From NCBI GenBank assembly GCA_043228905.1, contig JBHGNT010000015.1:5952001-6016000 (forward strand): a stretch of DNA of 64,000 nt, given 5' to 3'. This document shows positions 11,036-21,330 of the stretch, piece by piece (the first letter of the stretch is position 1; each line of letters starts with the position of its first letter). Under the pieces are notes generated by a model. It ran no database searches. It saw nothing but the letters and a program-made list of their open reading frames with translations, and was not told where the DNA came from. The stretch comes from Azolla caroliniana. Taxonomy: Eukaryota > Plantae > Polypodiophyta. Made by a program: the position numbers and the translations under genes.

Positions 11036-13075
11036 ATGGAGGCTCAACAAGCTAACAATATGATGGCGATGTTCGAACGGATGCTTCAAGAACAACGCAC
11101 GATGTCGGAGATTTCGGCATCAGTAGAGCGGCTCGTGCAACGCAACGGGCAATTTAATGGTAAGGATGTGTCGCGATATTTGCAGGACTACAAGGCGGAG
11201 ATGCTCCGGTGCCGGGCTTCGGAAGGACTGCAAGTGACATCCTTTAACCGGGTGGCGACCGACGGGCTTCAAGGGAGTATCCACGGGTTGCAACAACAAA
11301 ATCCGACGTGGGAAGCATTCGAGGAGGCGTTAAAGACCACGTTTGCCATCGAGGACTCCTCCAAGGCAACGCGGAGGGGATTCGAGGATTGGGTGGAAAC
11401 GTCAGGTAAGGGGTTGAAGGTCCTCGAAGTGTTTTCGACATTCGAAAGTCGGTTCGGGAGGCTGTCCGCGAGAGATCAAACTATTCTTGCGCCGGACAAA
11501 GTCATCATGTTTTTGCGAGCTGTGGACGTCCGGGACCGGAAAGATCTCGGAGTGCTTCTTGAGGACACGACCACCGAAAGCGGCCTCACCGAAACATGGG
11601 AAAGCGTGCGGGATATCGTCGCGCGGTACACGAAGAGGGGGCAATGGCTTGCCAACGAAGAAAAGAGGGTTTCGGAACCGATTCCGAAACCGAGAACGGG
11701 ACTGGAAGACCATCAACCGAGGGCTCGGGAGATTACGGCCGAGAAGGGAGTCGACGCGTCTACGGTGGAGCAGCTGCTGAAGGAGATGGAGAATCTAAAG
11801 ATCGCGATCGTGAAGAAGTCGGATGACCGCCCCACAAGCTCCAAATATACGGATCGACGGTGCATATGGTGCGATAGCGCCGAACACGATCGGAGGGATT
11901 GCGACGACCATAAGGAGGCGCTACGACGGGATCTCATCTACTACGAGGGAAACCGGATTCATTCGATGGACTCTCGGAAGCCACTCCGACCGAACTTCCG
12001 GAAAGGCGGCATGAAGAAGGTGCTCGAGGAGGAGTTAGCGGCAAGAAGCAACTATGCGACAACCGCGGGAATATGTGTCGGGGAGTCATCGGGAGCGAAG
12101 GCGTCTTTCTGGCCGGAGGTGCTAGGAAACACCGAGAAAACCGACTCCAACGATATCCGAAACACCGCGGAAGGCGTCCGGGAAGCTACGGGATGGGAAT
12201 GCCCTGTCGATAAGAATAGCATATACGCCCTGTGTCAATTACATGAGGTGTATGTGGACGAGAAACGACGGCGCACGGAGGATGCGGCCGGACCATCGAA
12301 GATACCGGAAAGCTGGAACTCCGGAGGTAAGGGAAAAGAAAAGGCGACTCCGGCATTCAAGCTCGCCTCGGACATAGAACAACAAACCGACTTGAAAAGA
12401 GTGTTCGAGGAAAGAATCTTGGATAGCCGGGTAGATTTTTCGCTGCGGGAACTACTCGGAATAGCGAAGAAGGAGTTTCACGATCTTCTCGTGGATCTCG
12501 TAAAAAGGAAGAGACAAAGTACGGAGGAAAATGCTCCAAGGGTGAATGCAAATACCGTTTCAATGAACGACACCGAAGTGGAAGGCGAAATTCCGAACTC
12601 CCACTATACAAGGCCACACTGGGCACGTGCGACTACGGAGACTCCGGTCTGAATCGGCAACATCAAAGAACCCGTGCTAGCATTGATTGATCACGGATCG
12701 GAGATCAACTTGATGTCCAAGGAGTTCTACCGAAAGGGGAAGTGGCCTATAAACACCAACCATGGATGGAAGATTCGGGCAGCCACGAAAACGACAGAAG
12801 ACCTATTTGCGGCTTGTCCGGATGTGACGGTAAAGATCGGGGATGTCGAAATTGACCAAAATTTCTTTGTGCAGGATGAGGTTTCACATTCTGTCATCCT
12901 CGGCCAACCCTTTATCACGGCTTCACGGATGGAGACGAAGGTGCTCGATAGTGGTGCGGCTTTTGCGCGAATTCGGAGCCAAAACGGAGGGAAATCCGTC
13001 CAATTCCTAACGGTGCCGGCAAACCACGAAAGGAACAAGAGGGAACTCTTGTCCCAAGTGAGAATGGATTTTTAA
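11036..13075 (+). CDS. A1 gag-protease ORF with an in-frame TGA at 12650-12652
   Basis: First ATG after the PBS; CX2CX4HX4C knuckle (CIWCDSAEHDRRDC); protease motif ALIDHGSEIN in the same frame after the stop. Confidence 0.88.
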
Positions 13076-13129
13076 AGCGGACTGTTGCGGAGTGGGGAAG
13101 TGATAGTCCGAGAAGCCCTGATACCCCAT
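13066..13129 (+). promoter_or_regulatory. -1 programmed ribosomal frameshift signal (G GAT TTT + H-type pseudoknot)
   Basis: Slippery heptamer before TAA; stem 1 13078-13088/13100-13110; stem 2 13092-13097/13124-13129; -1 frame open into pol. Confidence 0.85.
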
Positions 13130-16100
13130 ACAGGAAGAAAACTCTCGGAGCAAAACAAGTACGAATCGGCCCGGATGGGGCATCTACGTACACGGCCGTA
13201 ACCGGAGGAATGAAGAAACAATACCGACAAGTGGAGGATAAGTTACGGTCGGCATCAATAATAAAAGAAGACGAAGAAATCGTGGGAGTGATCGAGGAAG
13301 TGTTCTATGGGAATACACTACAACGGCTTGAAGAGCTTGCGGAAGATAAAAGCCAAGGGAACCGGGTAGTCCCGGTGGAATCGGTCGAGATGTACGAGAT
13401 CGTTGCGAAAATGGGGCCGGATGCGCTCCGCAAAGAAGAAGCAATGGTAAGTACGAAATACAAGACCGTGGAGAAGAAGGTGAAACCGGCCGTGGGACCA
13501 CTACCCGCCGATAGCGAACAAAAGAAGAAAGAAGTCTCGGGAGATCCGACACTTCGGAAGTCCGTGGATATCGGACATGCCTTCACGGATGAGACCCGGA
13601 AGAAACTTCGGATCGGTGGAGGTGGGTTCCTATTACAGAAAGAAGAGGAACGGTTTCGCGAGATGTTGGAGCAACACGGCAAAGCGTTTGCATTTACATC
13701 AAGGGAGATAGGGTGCGTCGATCCGAGAATAGTGGAGCCGATGGTGATCTTTACGATTGACCATGTACCGTGGAATCTGAAGCCGATTCCGGTGCCACGG
13801 GCGCATATTCCGAAAGTCATCGACTTGCTCAAGGAGAAGGTGGCGATGGGGATTCTAGAGCCATCAAGTGCTCCGTACTCAAATCGATGGTTTACGGTTC
13901 CGAAGAAGAATGGGTCACTCCGATTTATCCAAGACTTGCAACCGGTGAATAAGGTCACGATCCGGAACTCGGGAGTCGGTCCGATAGTGGACGAATTTGC
14001 GGAAGCTTTTGCCGGACGTGCGATATACTCCATCGGGGACCTATACTCGGGGTATGACCAATTCCAACTAGCCGTGGAGAGCCGAGACATCACTACCATG
14101 CGGACACCGATAGGACTAGTTCGAATGTGCACACTACCACAAGGAGCGACAAACTCGGTTGCTCATATGATGAACGCGATGAACAAGGTGCTTCGAGATT
14201 GCATCCCGGAGATAACGATGCCGTTTCTAGATGACATTCCGATGAAAGGATGCGCGGTGGAAGAAAAAGATGAGACTATGGATGATTGGGGATGCCGAAA
14301 GTTCGTGGTCGACCATATTCATGATTGCGAGAAAGTGTTGCGAAAGCTAGAAGATGTGCACCTAACACTTTCCGGGGAGAAATCGGCATTCGGGCAAGAA
14401 GAAATATTGGTGGTCGGACATCTATGTGGACCCTACGGCCGAAGACCGTCACCAACAAAGATCGATGCGATTCAAGCTATGAAGGAAGTATGTGAGTCAA
14501 CATCGGAAGTCCGAAGGTTTCTGGGTGCGTGTGCATTCTATCACATATGGATTCCGCACTATGCACATATAGCGGACCCGCTCTATCACTTGTTGCGGAA
14601 AGGTAAGAAATTCGAGTGGAAACCGGAACACACTAAAGCCATGAGGAAGCTCAAGAAGACACTATGGAGGGCGGAATCACTTAAGAAGCCAAGCTACGAG
14701 CGGCCAATCATAGTAACGGTTGATACAAGTCCAACCGGTATCGGGTGGGTCATCAATCAAGCCGACTCGGATGGTTCGCGGTATCCGATCCGATTTGGAG
14801 CAAAGGTCCTCAACGAAAGGCAACGCGGATATGCACAAGTCAAAAGAGAATTGTGGGGAGTCGTGTCGGCGATAAAATCGGATCGGGATTATTTGATCGG
14901 AGCTGAAGTGGTGATCGAGACGGATTGTCTTCCGATACTCGGGATGATGCGGTGTTGTACGATACCGGATGTGGCTATGCTAAGGTGGATTGCATATGTC
15001 AAGTCACTTAATCCGGAGGTTCGACACATCTCGGGGAAGGACAACGCGGTAGCGGACATGTTATCGAGGGCGCGGTTTGAAGATGACATAACCGAATCAG
15101 ATAATGAAGAAGTTTCCGAAGACTACTTCACGTCAGAACACATATGCCGAGTGAACGTGATCCGAGAATTCCGGGAAGAAGAATACGAGGGGGAAACCTT
15201 GATGATCGGGAAGATGCTACAAGAGGTCGAGGATTCAACCAATGATAAAGGAAGGAGAGCCGAGATCCGAAGGAAGAAGAGGCAAGTCCAAAAGTTCTTC
15301 TTGGAAAACGGTTTAATATGGAGGACGCCGAAAAGACCGGATGGGATACCACTTCGAGTAGTCGGGACGAAAGAGCAACGAAACCGGATAATGTCCGAGT
15401 TCCACGAATCCGATTGGGCTGGACATCGAGGAACATGGGCAACTTTTGTGAAAATCAAGCAAAGGTATTGGTCGAAGAACATGTATAAAGATGTCGCGGA
15501 GTTCACAGAAAGCTGCGAGAAATGTCAAGTCTACTCCGGGGTCCGACACCGAGATGAGCTGCATCCGACATTCTCACCGACAATCAACTTCAAGTGGATG
15601 GTCGACATTGTAGCTATGCCGACCGGGATTGGACAAAAGAAATACTTGGTGTTAGCTCGAGAAGATCTCACAAACCAAGTTGAAGGTCGAGCGCTTCGGA
15701 GGAAAACGTGTGCCGCGGTGTGCCAATTTCTTTTGGAAGAAGTGTTTTGTAGGTACGGCTGCGTAGGACAAGTGATTGCGGACCGGGGAGAACTCGACTC
15801 GGACAAAGCTAGGGGATTCTTCGCCAAACATGGAGTTCGGTTAACGTTGACAACGGCCTACAATCCGGAGGCCAACGGGAAGATCGAACGAGGACATAGT
15901 CCGATCGTGAAAGCACTTGCGAAGGCATGCGACGGAAGGGTGAAGGATTGGCCACAAATGCTTCCGTATGCACTATGGGCGGATCGGACGACGCATAGCT
16001 CCGTGACCGGTTATATGCCGGCAGAACTCATGACCGGACAAGCACCGGTAATGCCAACGGAAACCGCAATCGCAACATGGACAATACTACCGTGGAAGGA

Positions 16101-16677
16101 AGAGATGAGCCGGGAAGAACTACTAGCGGTCCGGATACGACAACTGGAGGGAAGACCGAAAGATGTAGCGGAAGCGTCACGCCGACAACAAGAAGCACGG
16201 TTCCGGAACAAAAGCCGGTTCGACACAAAGCACCGACTACGACCGAGGAGGATTGAAGAAGGAGATTGGGTGATCGTCTATGATAGTAGCTTGGACCATC
16301 AACATACAACGATGCGGAAATTCGCGAAAAGGTGGTTCGGGCCGTACGAGGTTCGGAAGGTCTTCGACAACGGGACGTACCGACTGTCCGAGTTGGATGG
16401 AACAATACTACGAGTGCCTATAGCCGGGAAGCGGGTGAAGATTTTCAAGAAGCGGACCGACGACAAACCTTATGTGATCCAAGTCGAGGCCGACAACGAG
16501 GAGCAATCGGACGAAGACCACAATGATGCGGGAAGCGAAGAAAGTGGATTACAACTCATAGTCGACATAAGGGAAGAATCGGAGGAAGCTTCGGATGAAG
16601 ACGGATACGAGGAATCAAGAACTTCGGCACATACCGGAGGATGTGCGGGTTTGGAGGGGGCGAGTGTCGTAGTGTAG
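13066..16677 (+). CDS. A1 pol (RT, RNase H, integrase), uninterrupted
   Basis: LPQGATNS..FLDD RT, VDTS RNase H, GHRG..CEKCQ and YNPEANGKIER integrase; acidic tail, no chromodomain. Confidence 0.95.
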   Translation, partial: GFLKRTVAEWGSDSPRSPDTPYRKKTLGAKQVRIGPDGASTYTAVTGGMKKQYRQVEDKLRSASIIKEDEEIVGVIEEVFYGNTLQRLEELAEDKSQGNRVVPVESVEMYEIVAKMGPDALRKEEAMVSTKYKTVEKKVKPAVGPLPADSEQKKKEVSGDPTLRKSVDIGHAFTDETRKKLRIGGGGFLLQKEEERFREMLEQHGKAFAFTSREIGCVDPRIVEPMVIFTIDHVPWNLKPIPVPRAHIPKVIDLLKEKVAMGILEPSSAPYSNRWFTVPKKNGSLRFIQDLQPVNKVTIRNSGVGPIVDEFAEAFAGRAIYSIGDLYSGYDQFQLAVESRDITTMRTPIGLVRMCTLPQGATNSVAHMMNAMNKVLRDCIPEITMPFLDDIPMKGCAVEEKDETMDDWGCRKFVVDHIHDCEKVLRKLEDVHLTLSGEKSAFGQEEILVVGHLCGPYGRRPSPTKIDAIQAMKEVCESTSEVRRFLGACAFYHIWIPHYAHIADPLYHLLRKGKKFEWKPEHTKAMRKLKKTLWRAESLKKPSYERPIIVTVDTSPTGIGWVINQADSDGSRYPIRFGAKVLNERQRGYAQVKRELWGVVSAIKSDRDYLIGAEVVIETDCLPILGMMRCCTIPDVAMLRWIAYVKSLNPEVRHISGKDNAVADMLSRARFEDDITESDNEEVSEDYFTSEHICRVNVIREFREEEYEGETLMIGKMLQEVEDSTNDKGRRAEIRRKKRQVQKFFLENGLIWRTPKRPDGIPLRVVGTKEQRNRIMSEFHESDWAGHRGTWATFVKIKQRYWSKNMYKDVAEFTESCEKCQVYSGVRHRDELHPTFSPTINFKWMVDIVAMPTGIGQKKYLVLAREDLTNQVEGRALRRKTCAAVCQFLLEEVFCRYGCVGQVIADRGELDSDKARGFFAKHGVRLTLTTAYNPEANGKIERGHSPIVKALAKACDGRVKDWPQMLPYALWADRTTHSSVTGYMPAELMTGQAPVMPTETAIATWTILPWKEEMSREELLAVRIRQLEGRPKDVAEASRRQQEARFRNKSRFDTKHRLRPRRIEEGDWVIVYDSSLDHQHTTMRKFAKRWFGPYEVRKVFDNGTYRLSELDGTILRVPIAGKRVKIFKKRTDDKPYVIQVEADNEEQSDEDHNDAGSEESGLQLIVDIREESEEASDEDGYEESRTSAHTGGCAGLEGASVVV

Positions 16678-17530
16678 GTTGCACACTATGTGGAAATTAT
16701 ATTTTTGTCCCTCCGGATAAAGAATGGAGTGCTCGGTGAGAACCGGAAGAAAACGGCATACCGGCAAGGAGGAAAAACGGCATACCGGCAAGGAGGAAAA
16801 CGGCATACCGGCAAGGAGGAAAAACGGCATACCGGCAAGGAGGAAAACGGCATACCGGCAAGGAAGAGCCGGATAAAGAGACATAAATGTAAAAAAAAAA
16901 GAAAGAAATACTCACTACTGCGCAGGGCGTGATTCGAACCCTGCACCTCCATGTTGACAAACCCCAACCTTACCATTACATTAACTTATCTTAAGTGTTT
17001 TAAATATAGATTTAATAAGTATAAGACCTTTATTTATGCATACCTTTATTAAAAGGTAAATCGTGTATTTTTTTAATATATGAAAAAGAAAAACGCGAGA
17101 CACTAAAAATAACTCATGCACATCTAGCGTGCATGAGCCCTATACTTAGGAAATAAAAAAGCATCACATGCACATTTTAGTGGACATGAACACTTTTTGT
17201 AAAAAAAAAAAAAAAGCATGAAGCCATGCTTAGCTCTTCTTTCCTTATATAAGAAGGAGAGAAATATGTAAAGGGTTGTTAATTATTGGGATTAAGGATT
17301 AATTAATACAAAAATTATTCGTGGGATTCACGATTTATACATCTACTTCTCTCTTAACACCCTAAGTACCAATTAATATAGTATACTAGTGTGATTCACG
17401 AGTTTCTTATCTTTCTCTTTGCTATTTACTCATAATTACTCTCTATCTCACGAACTTCTTTTCTCCTAGTCCAAGACCTCTGTGGTTCCCACCCGACTCA
17501 CGCAACGATCCGGAGCCGAAAGGCACGACA
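16665..17530 (+). repeat. A1 3' LTR (866 bp; 5 repeat copies)
   Basis: Matches the 5' LTR apart from about 3 transitions and one repeat unit. Confidence 0.97.
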
Positions 17531-17740
17531 ACGTCGAGCAAACCGTCTGTGCTTATATTGTGTAGGTCCAGGACATACGACCATTCATTGCTCCTATAGG
17601 CCAAGACATCATCATGTAAATCAAATTCACTATGACAATAAAACTGAGTCCAACATTTTGGAAGCACTTACTGATCCTAATATTATGAATAATCCACCCT
17701 TGTCCAATAATTTTGAAGTCCTAACCCAATTAGAAGAGGA

Positions 17741-20700
17741 GCCAAACGAATAAGTCCGGCCAAAATAGAAGCCATTTGGTTGGACAACTCTAGATCTGTA
17801 CAACCTAGTGTAGGTTCCATTTCTTCCAAGCATGTTAGTAGAGTCCAAGTTAGGACACCGAGTTGTCGACATCAGGTCCAAGCCCTTTTAGATACCGGTG
17901 CCAATTCTTGTTTCATGGATAGAGATTTTGCCCAAAAACATCAAATATCCTTGCATAACCTTCCTTGCCCGGTTTCTGTAGGAGTGATTGCTGGACGTCC
18001 CATAGCTTTTGGGAAGATAATCGAAGAGTCTGAGCCAATACACATACTCTAAGGTGATTTAGGATGTGTAGTTTCCTTTAACATAATATGTAGCCCCGAG
18101 CATCCAATTGTCCTTGGTTTGCCATGGTTTGAGCTACATAACCCAAGAATCGATTGGAGGAGGCAAGAAATTTGGTGGCCTTTATAAAAAAACATCATTG
18201 CTAAGGGTCAAACCCAAGACTCTTCCCTTAAAGAATATAGTTCTACCACTGCACCATCTCCTTTTCATCAAATCTCAACCATTACATTGCAACAATTGTC
18301 CCAAGTGGGAGGAAAGGAGGAACTTTTCTTATTTGTAGTATCAGTGACACCTTCTAGTGCCACTCAAGGGAATTCAGACATCCAAATTCCCAAAAAATAT
18401 CAAGAATATGTTGATGTCTTTGATAAAGTCAAAGCTAGTGTACTTCCAAAGCATCACCTGTACAACTGTCCCATTGATCTTCAACTAGGAAAAGAGCCAT
18501 TATGGGGTCCGATCTACAATCTATCACCAACTGAGCTTGAGGTTCTTTGAGAATACATCGAGCAGAATCTTGCCCATGGGTTCATTCAACATTCAAAGTC
18601 TCTAGCTAGTGCTCCATATTTTTTGTGAAGAAAAAGGATGGTTCGCTTTGTTTGGTCGTCGACTATCGGGGATTAAATAAAGTCACCATAAGCAATAGGT
18701 ATGCTCTGCCTTTAATCTCTAGTCTTTTAGAGTGCATTGGTGGGGCAAAGCATTTTACAAAAATCGATTTAAGGGGTGCATATAATCTAGTTCGAATTCG
18801 ACCGGGAGGTGAGTGGAAAACTGCATTTCGCACTTAGTATGGTCATTTTGAGTATACAGTCATGCCTTTTGGGCTCACAAATGCACCCGTAGTTTTCCAA
18901 CATATGGCAAATGACATTTTTCGAGATTTTCTAGATATCTTTCTCATCATCTATTTAGATGATCTGCTGATTTACTCGAAAGTAGAGGAGGAGCATGATA
19001 TGGATGTCTGAAAAGTACTTGAACACTTAAGAAAGTGTGGTCTGTATGCCAAACTTGAGGTGTAGTTTTGACAGCAAACAAGTTGAATTCTTGGGTTATA
19101 CTATTTCGTCCAAGGGTATCTTCATGGATCCAACAAAAGTCAAAACAATATTGGAATGGCAACCCCCACGTTCAGTTCTAGATGTCCAATGTTTCCTCGG
19201 ATTTGCTAATTTCTATCGCAAATTCATATGGAATTATTCAAAGATCGTGTTGCCTCTCACCCAAAATTTACTACTACGAACATAAACTACAAGGTGCACG
19301 ACAAGGAGTTATTAGCTATGGTCGACTCTTTCGAGCAATGGCAACATTTCTTGGAAGGATCACCTCATCAAATCATCATTTATAGTGATCACAAAAATCT
19401 TACGTATTTTCAAACGGCTCAAGTGTTAAATAGGAGACAACCTCGGTGGGCACAATTTCTAACTCGTTTTGATTTCATGATCCTTTTTCGCCTCGGGAAA
19501 CAAGGGAAAGCTGATGCTCTGTCTCAATGATCATATCTCGCACTTTGGCCTAGAGATCCAACCTTTGACAATCACAAGCAAATTCTCTTAGGATCATCAA
19601 AGCTACTAGCAACAACAATTTCTGCCACGCCGCTTGAATCAAGCCTTATGGATACTATTCGGCAACGACTTCACTTTGATGATTTCACTAAGGATGTCTT
19701 AGCCCACGTTAGTCCAAGCCAGGCATCCTGCTCTACATTGCAGGGGTCATCTCAACACTATCAGGAATTCAAATGGCAAGATGGCTTACTCTTTTACAAG
19801 AATCTCCTTTACGTCCCTGATGGATCACCCCCCCTTCAAGTATTGAAGCATTGTCATGATGCCCCTATGGCTGGACATTTTGGTATTGCCAAGACAATGG
19901 AGTTGGTGAAGCGCTCGTTTTGGTGGCCTCATTTGCAAAACTTTGTCGAAGATTATGTTCGTACATGTGACACCTGTTGTCAAGCCAAAATACCCAGGCA
20001 TCATCCTTATGGCTTGTTATAACCATTACTGCCTCCAACTAAGTCGTGACAGTCTATTTCTATGGATTTCATTACAAATTTACCACCTTCAAAAGGATTT
20101 GATACTATTTTAACAGTAGTCGATCGATTTACCATGTGTAAAGAGCATGTGTAAAGAGCATCAGTAGTTAGGAAACCGTAGATCTCATTATGCGTGAAGT
20201 GTTTTGACATCATGGTCTTCCAGAAAATATAATTAGTGATCGTGGTCCTCAATTTATCTCTCACTTTTGGAAGCACCTATGGGCAGGCCTCAAAATTTCC
20301 TACAAACTCTCTTCGGCTTATCATCCACAAACTGACAGACAAACAAAGTGCACAAATCAAACCCTCGTGCAATATCTTCGTTTCTTCATCAGTTATCAAC
20401 AAGATGATTGGAGTAATATTTTACATCTTGTTGAGTTTGCATACAATAACATGCTACACTCTTCTACCAAGGCTACACCTTTCATTGCCTACATCGGCAA
20501 CCATCCTCGATGGTGTATCCTAGATCTTCCTGAGGTCGCATGAAACCCTAATGCTTAGCATCAGCTTCATCGACCACACCGGATCTTGTTAGAGTTATCT
20601 TCACATCTTCAGACCGCTCAAGCACAACATAAGACTAATGCAAATCGCCATCTTCTTAAGTCTCCTTTCAAGGTTGGTGATCGAGTATGGTTGCTTCTTC

Positions 20701-21164
20701 GTCACATCAAGACTACCCAACCCTGTCAGAAACTCGATTATCAACACTTAGGTCCTTTTCTCATCACGGTGCAAATTAATGATGCAACCTTTCGTCTTAA
20801 CCTTCCAGCACACATGCAGCTTCACCCAGTCTTTCATAGCTCTCTTTTGGAACCTTGTCGCACCTCTTCCATTCCTAATTGAGTCATGCCAACTCCGCCC
20901 CCTGTCCAACTTGTTGGTGTCCCCGAATATGAGGTAGGTGCTATTCTTGATTCTAAGATTGTGCATAATAAGCTCTATTATCTGGTTGATTGGGTAGGCT
21001 ATCCTCCGAGTGATCGCACTTGTGAACCCTTCAATAATGTTTCTAATGCTCAAGCTCTTGTCGACGACTTCCATCGTTGTTATCCAAACAAACCGGGCCC
21101 TACATTGATAACGCCGATTTCCACTCATCGTTCTCGAAGGGGAGATAATGTCATGAATGCATAA
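17741..21164 (+). pseudogene. pol of element B (protease, RT, RNase H, integrase, chromodomain), many stops and frameshifts
   Basis: [50 protein letters not shown]. Confidence 0.92.
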
Positions 21165-21330
21165 ACATCATGGCTTCACTTGAGCTTGAACCCAAGAACT
21201 TATAATACATAATCAAGAACCCAACCATTAAGATAACCTTTGATCATATAAGATGACAAAAGCTACTTCTTATAATACACTGATTATTGTAAATACTCTG
21301 AAACATTCTAGAACATTCTAGAATATCCTG

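Larger units (their letters stand above)
10156..17530 (+). mobile_element. Full-length young Ty3/Gypsy element A1
   Basis: TGTCG..CGACA LTRs, 4-bp TSD ACGT (10152-10155 / 17531-17534), PBS, PPT GGAGGGGGCGAG 16653-16664, intact pol. Confidence 0.98.
9208..17753 (+). pseudogene. gag of element B, split by insertion A1 (9208-10155 + 17535-17753)
   Basis: EPKISLPGKFDGSR..FLNQ PEG10/sushi-type gag motif, PTPMEID; removing A1 restores EKQRRRANRLCLYC zinc knuckle. Confidence 0.85.
8718..21330 (+). mobile_element. Ty3 chromovirus B (Tcn1/sushi-like), decayed; hosts A1; 3' LTR truncated
   Basis: Matching LTR starts at 8718 and 21149 (TGTCAT..TAAACATCATG), PPT GAAGGGGAGATAA 21136-21148, gag-pol with C-terminal chromodomain. 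Confidence 0.9.

Noticed and set aside
13305-14132. 275-aa antisense ORF (and its mirror 34426-35253)
   Set aside because: Shadow of RT with no recognisable motif; conservation is trivial because the copies are near-identical.
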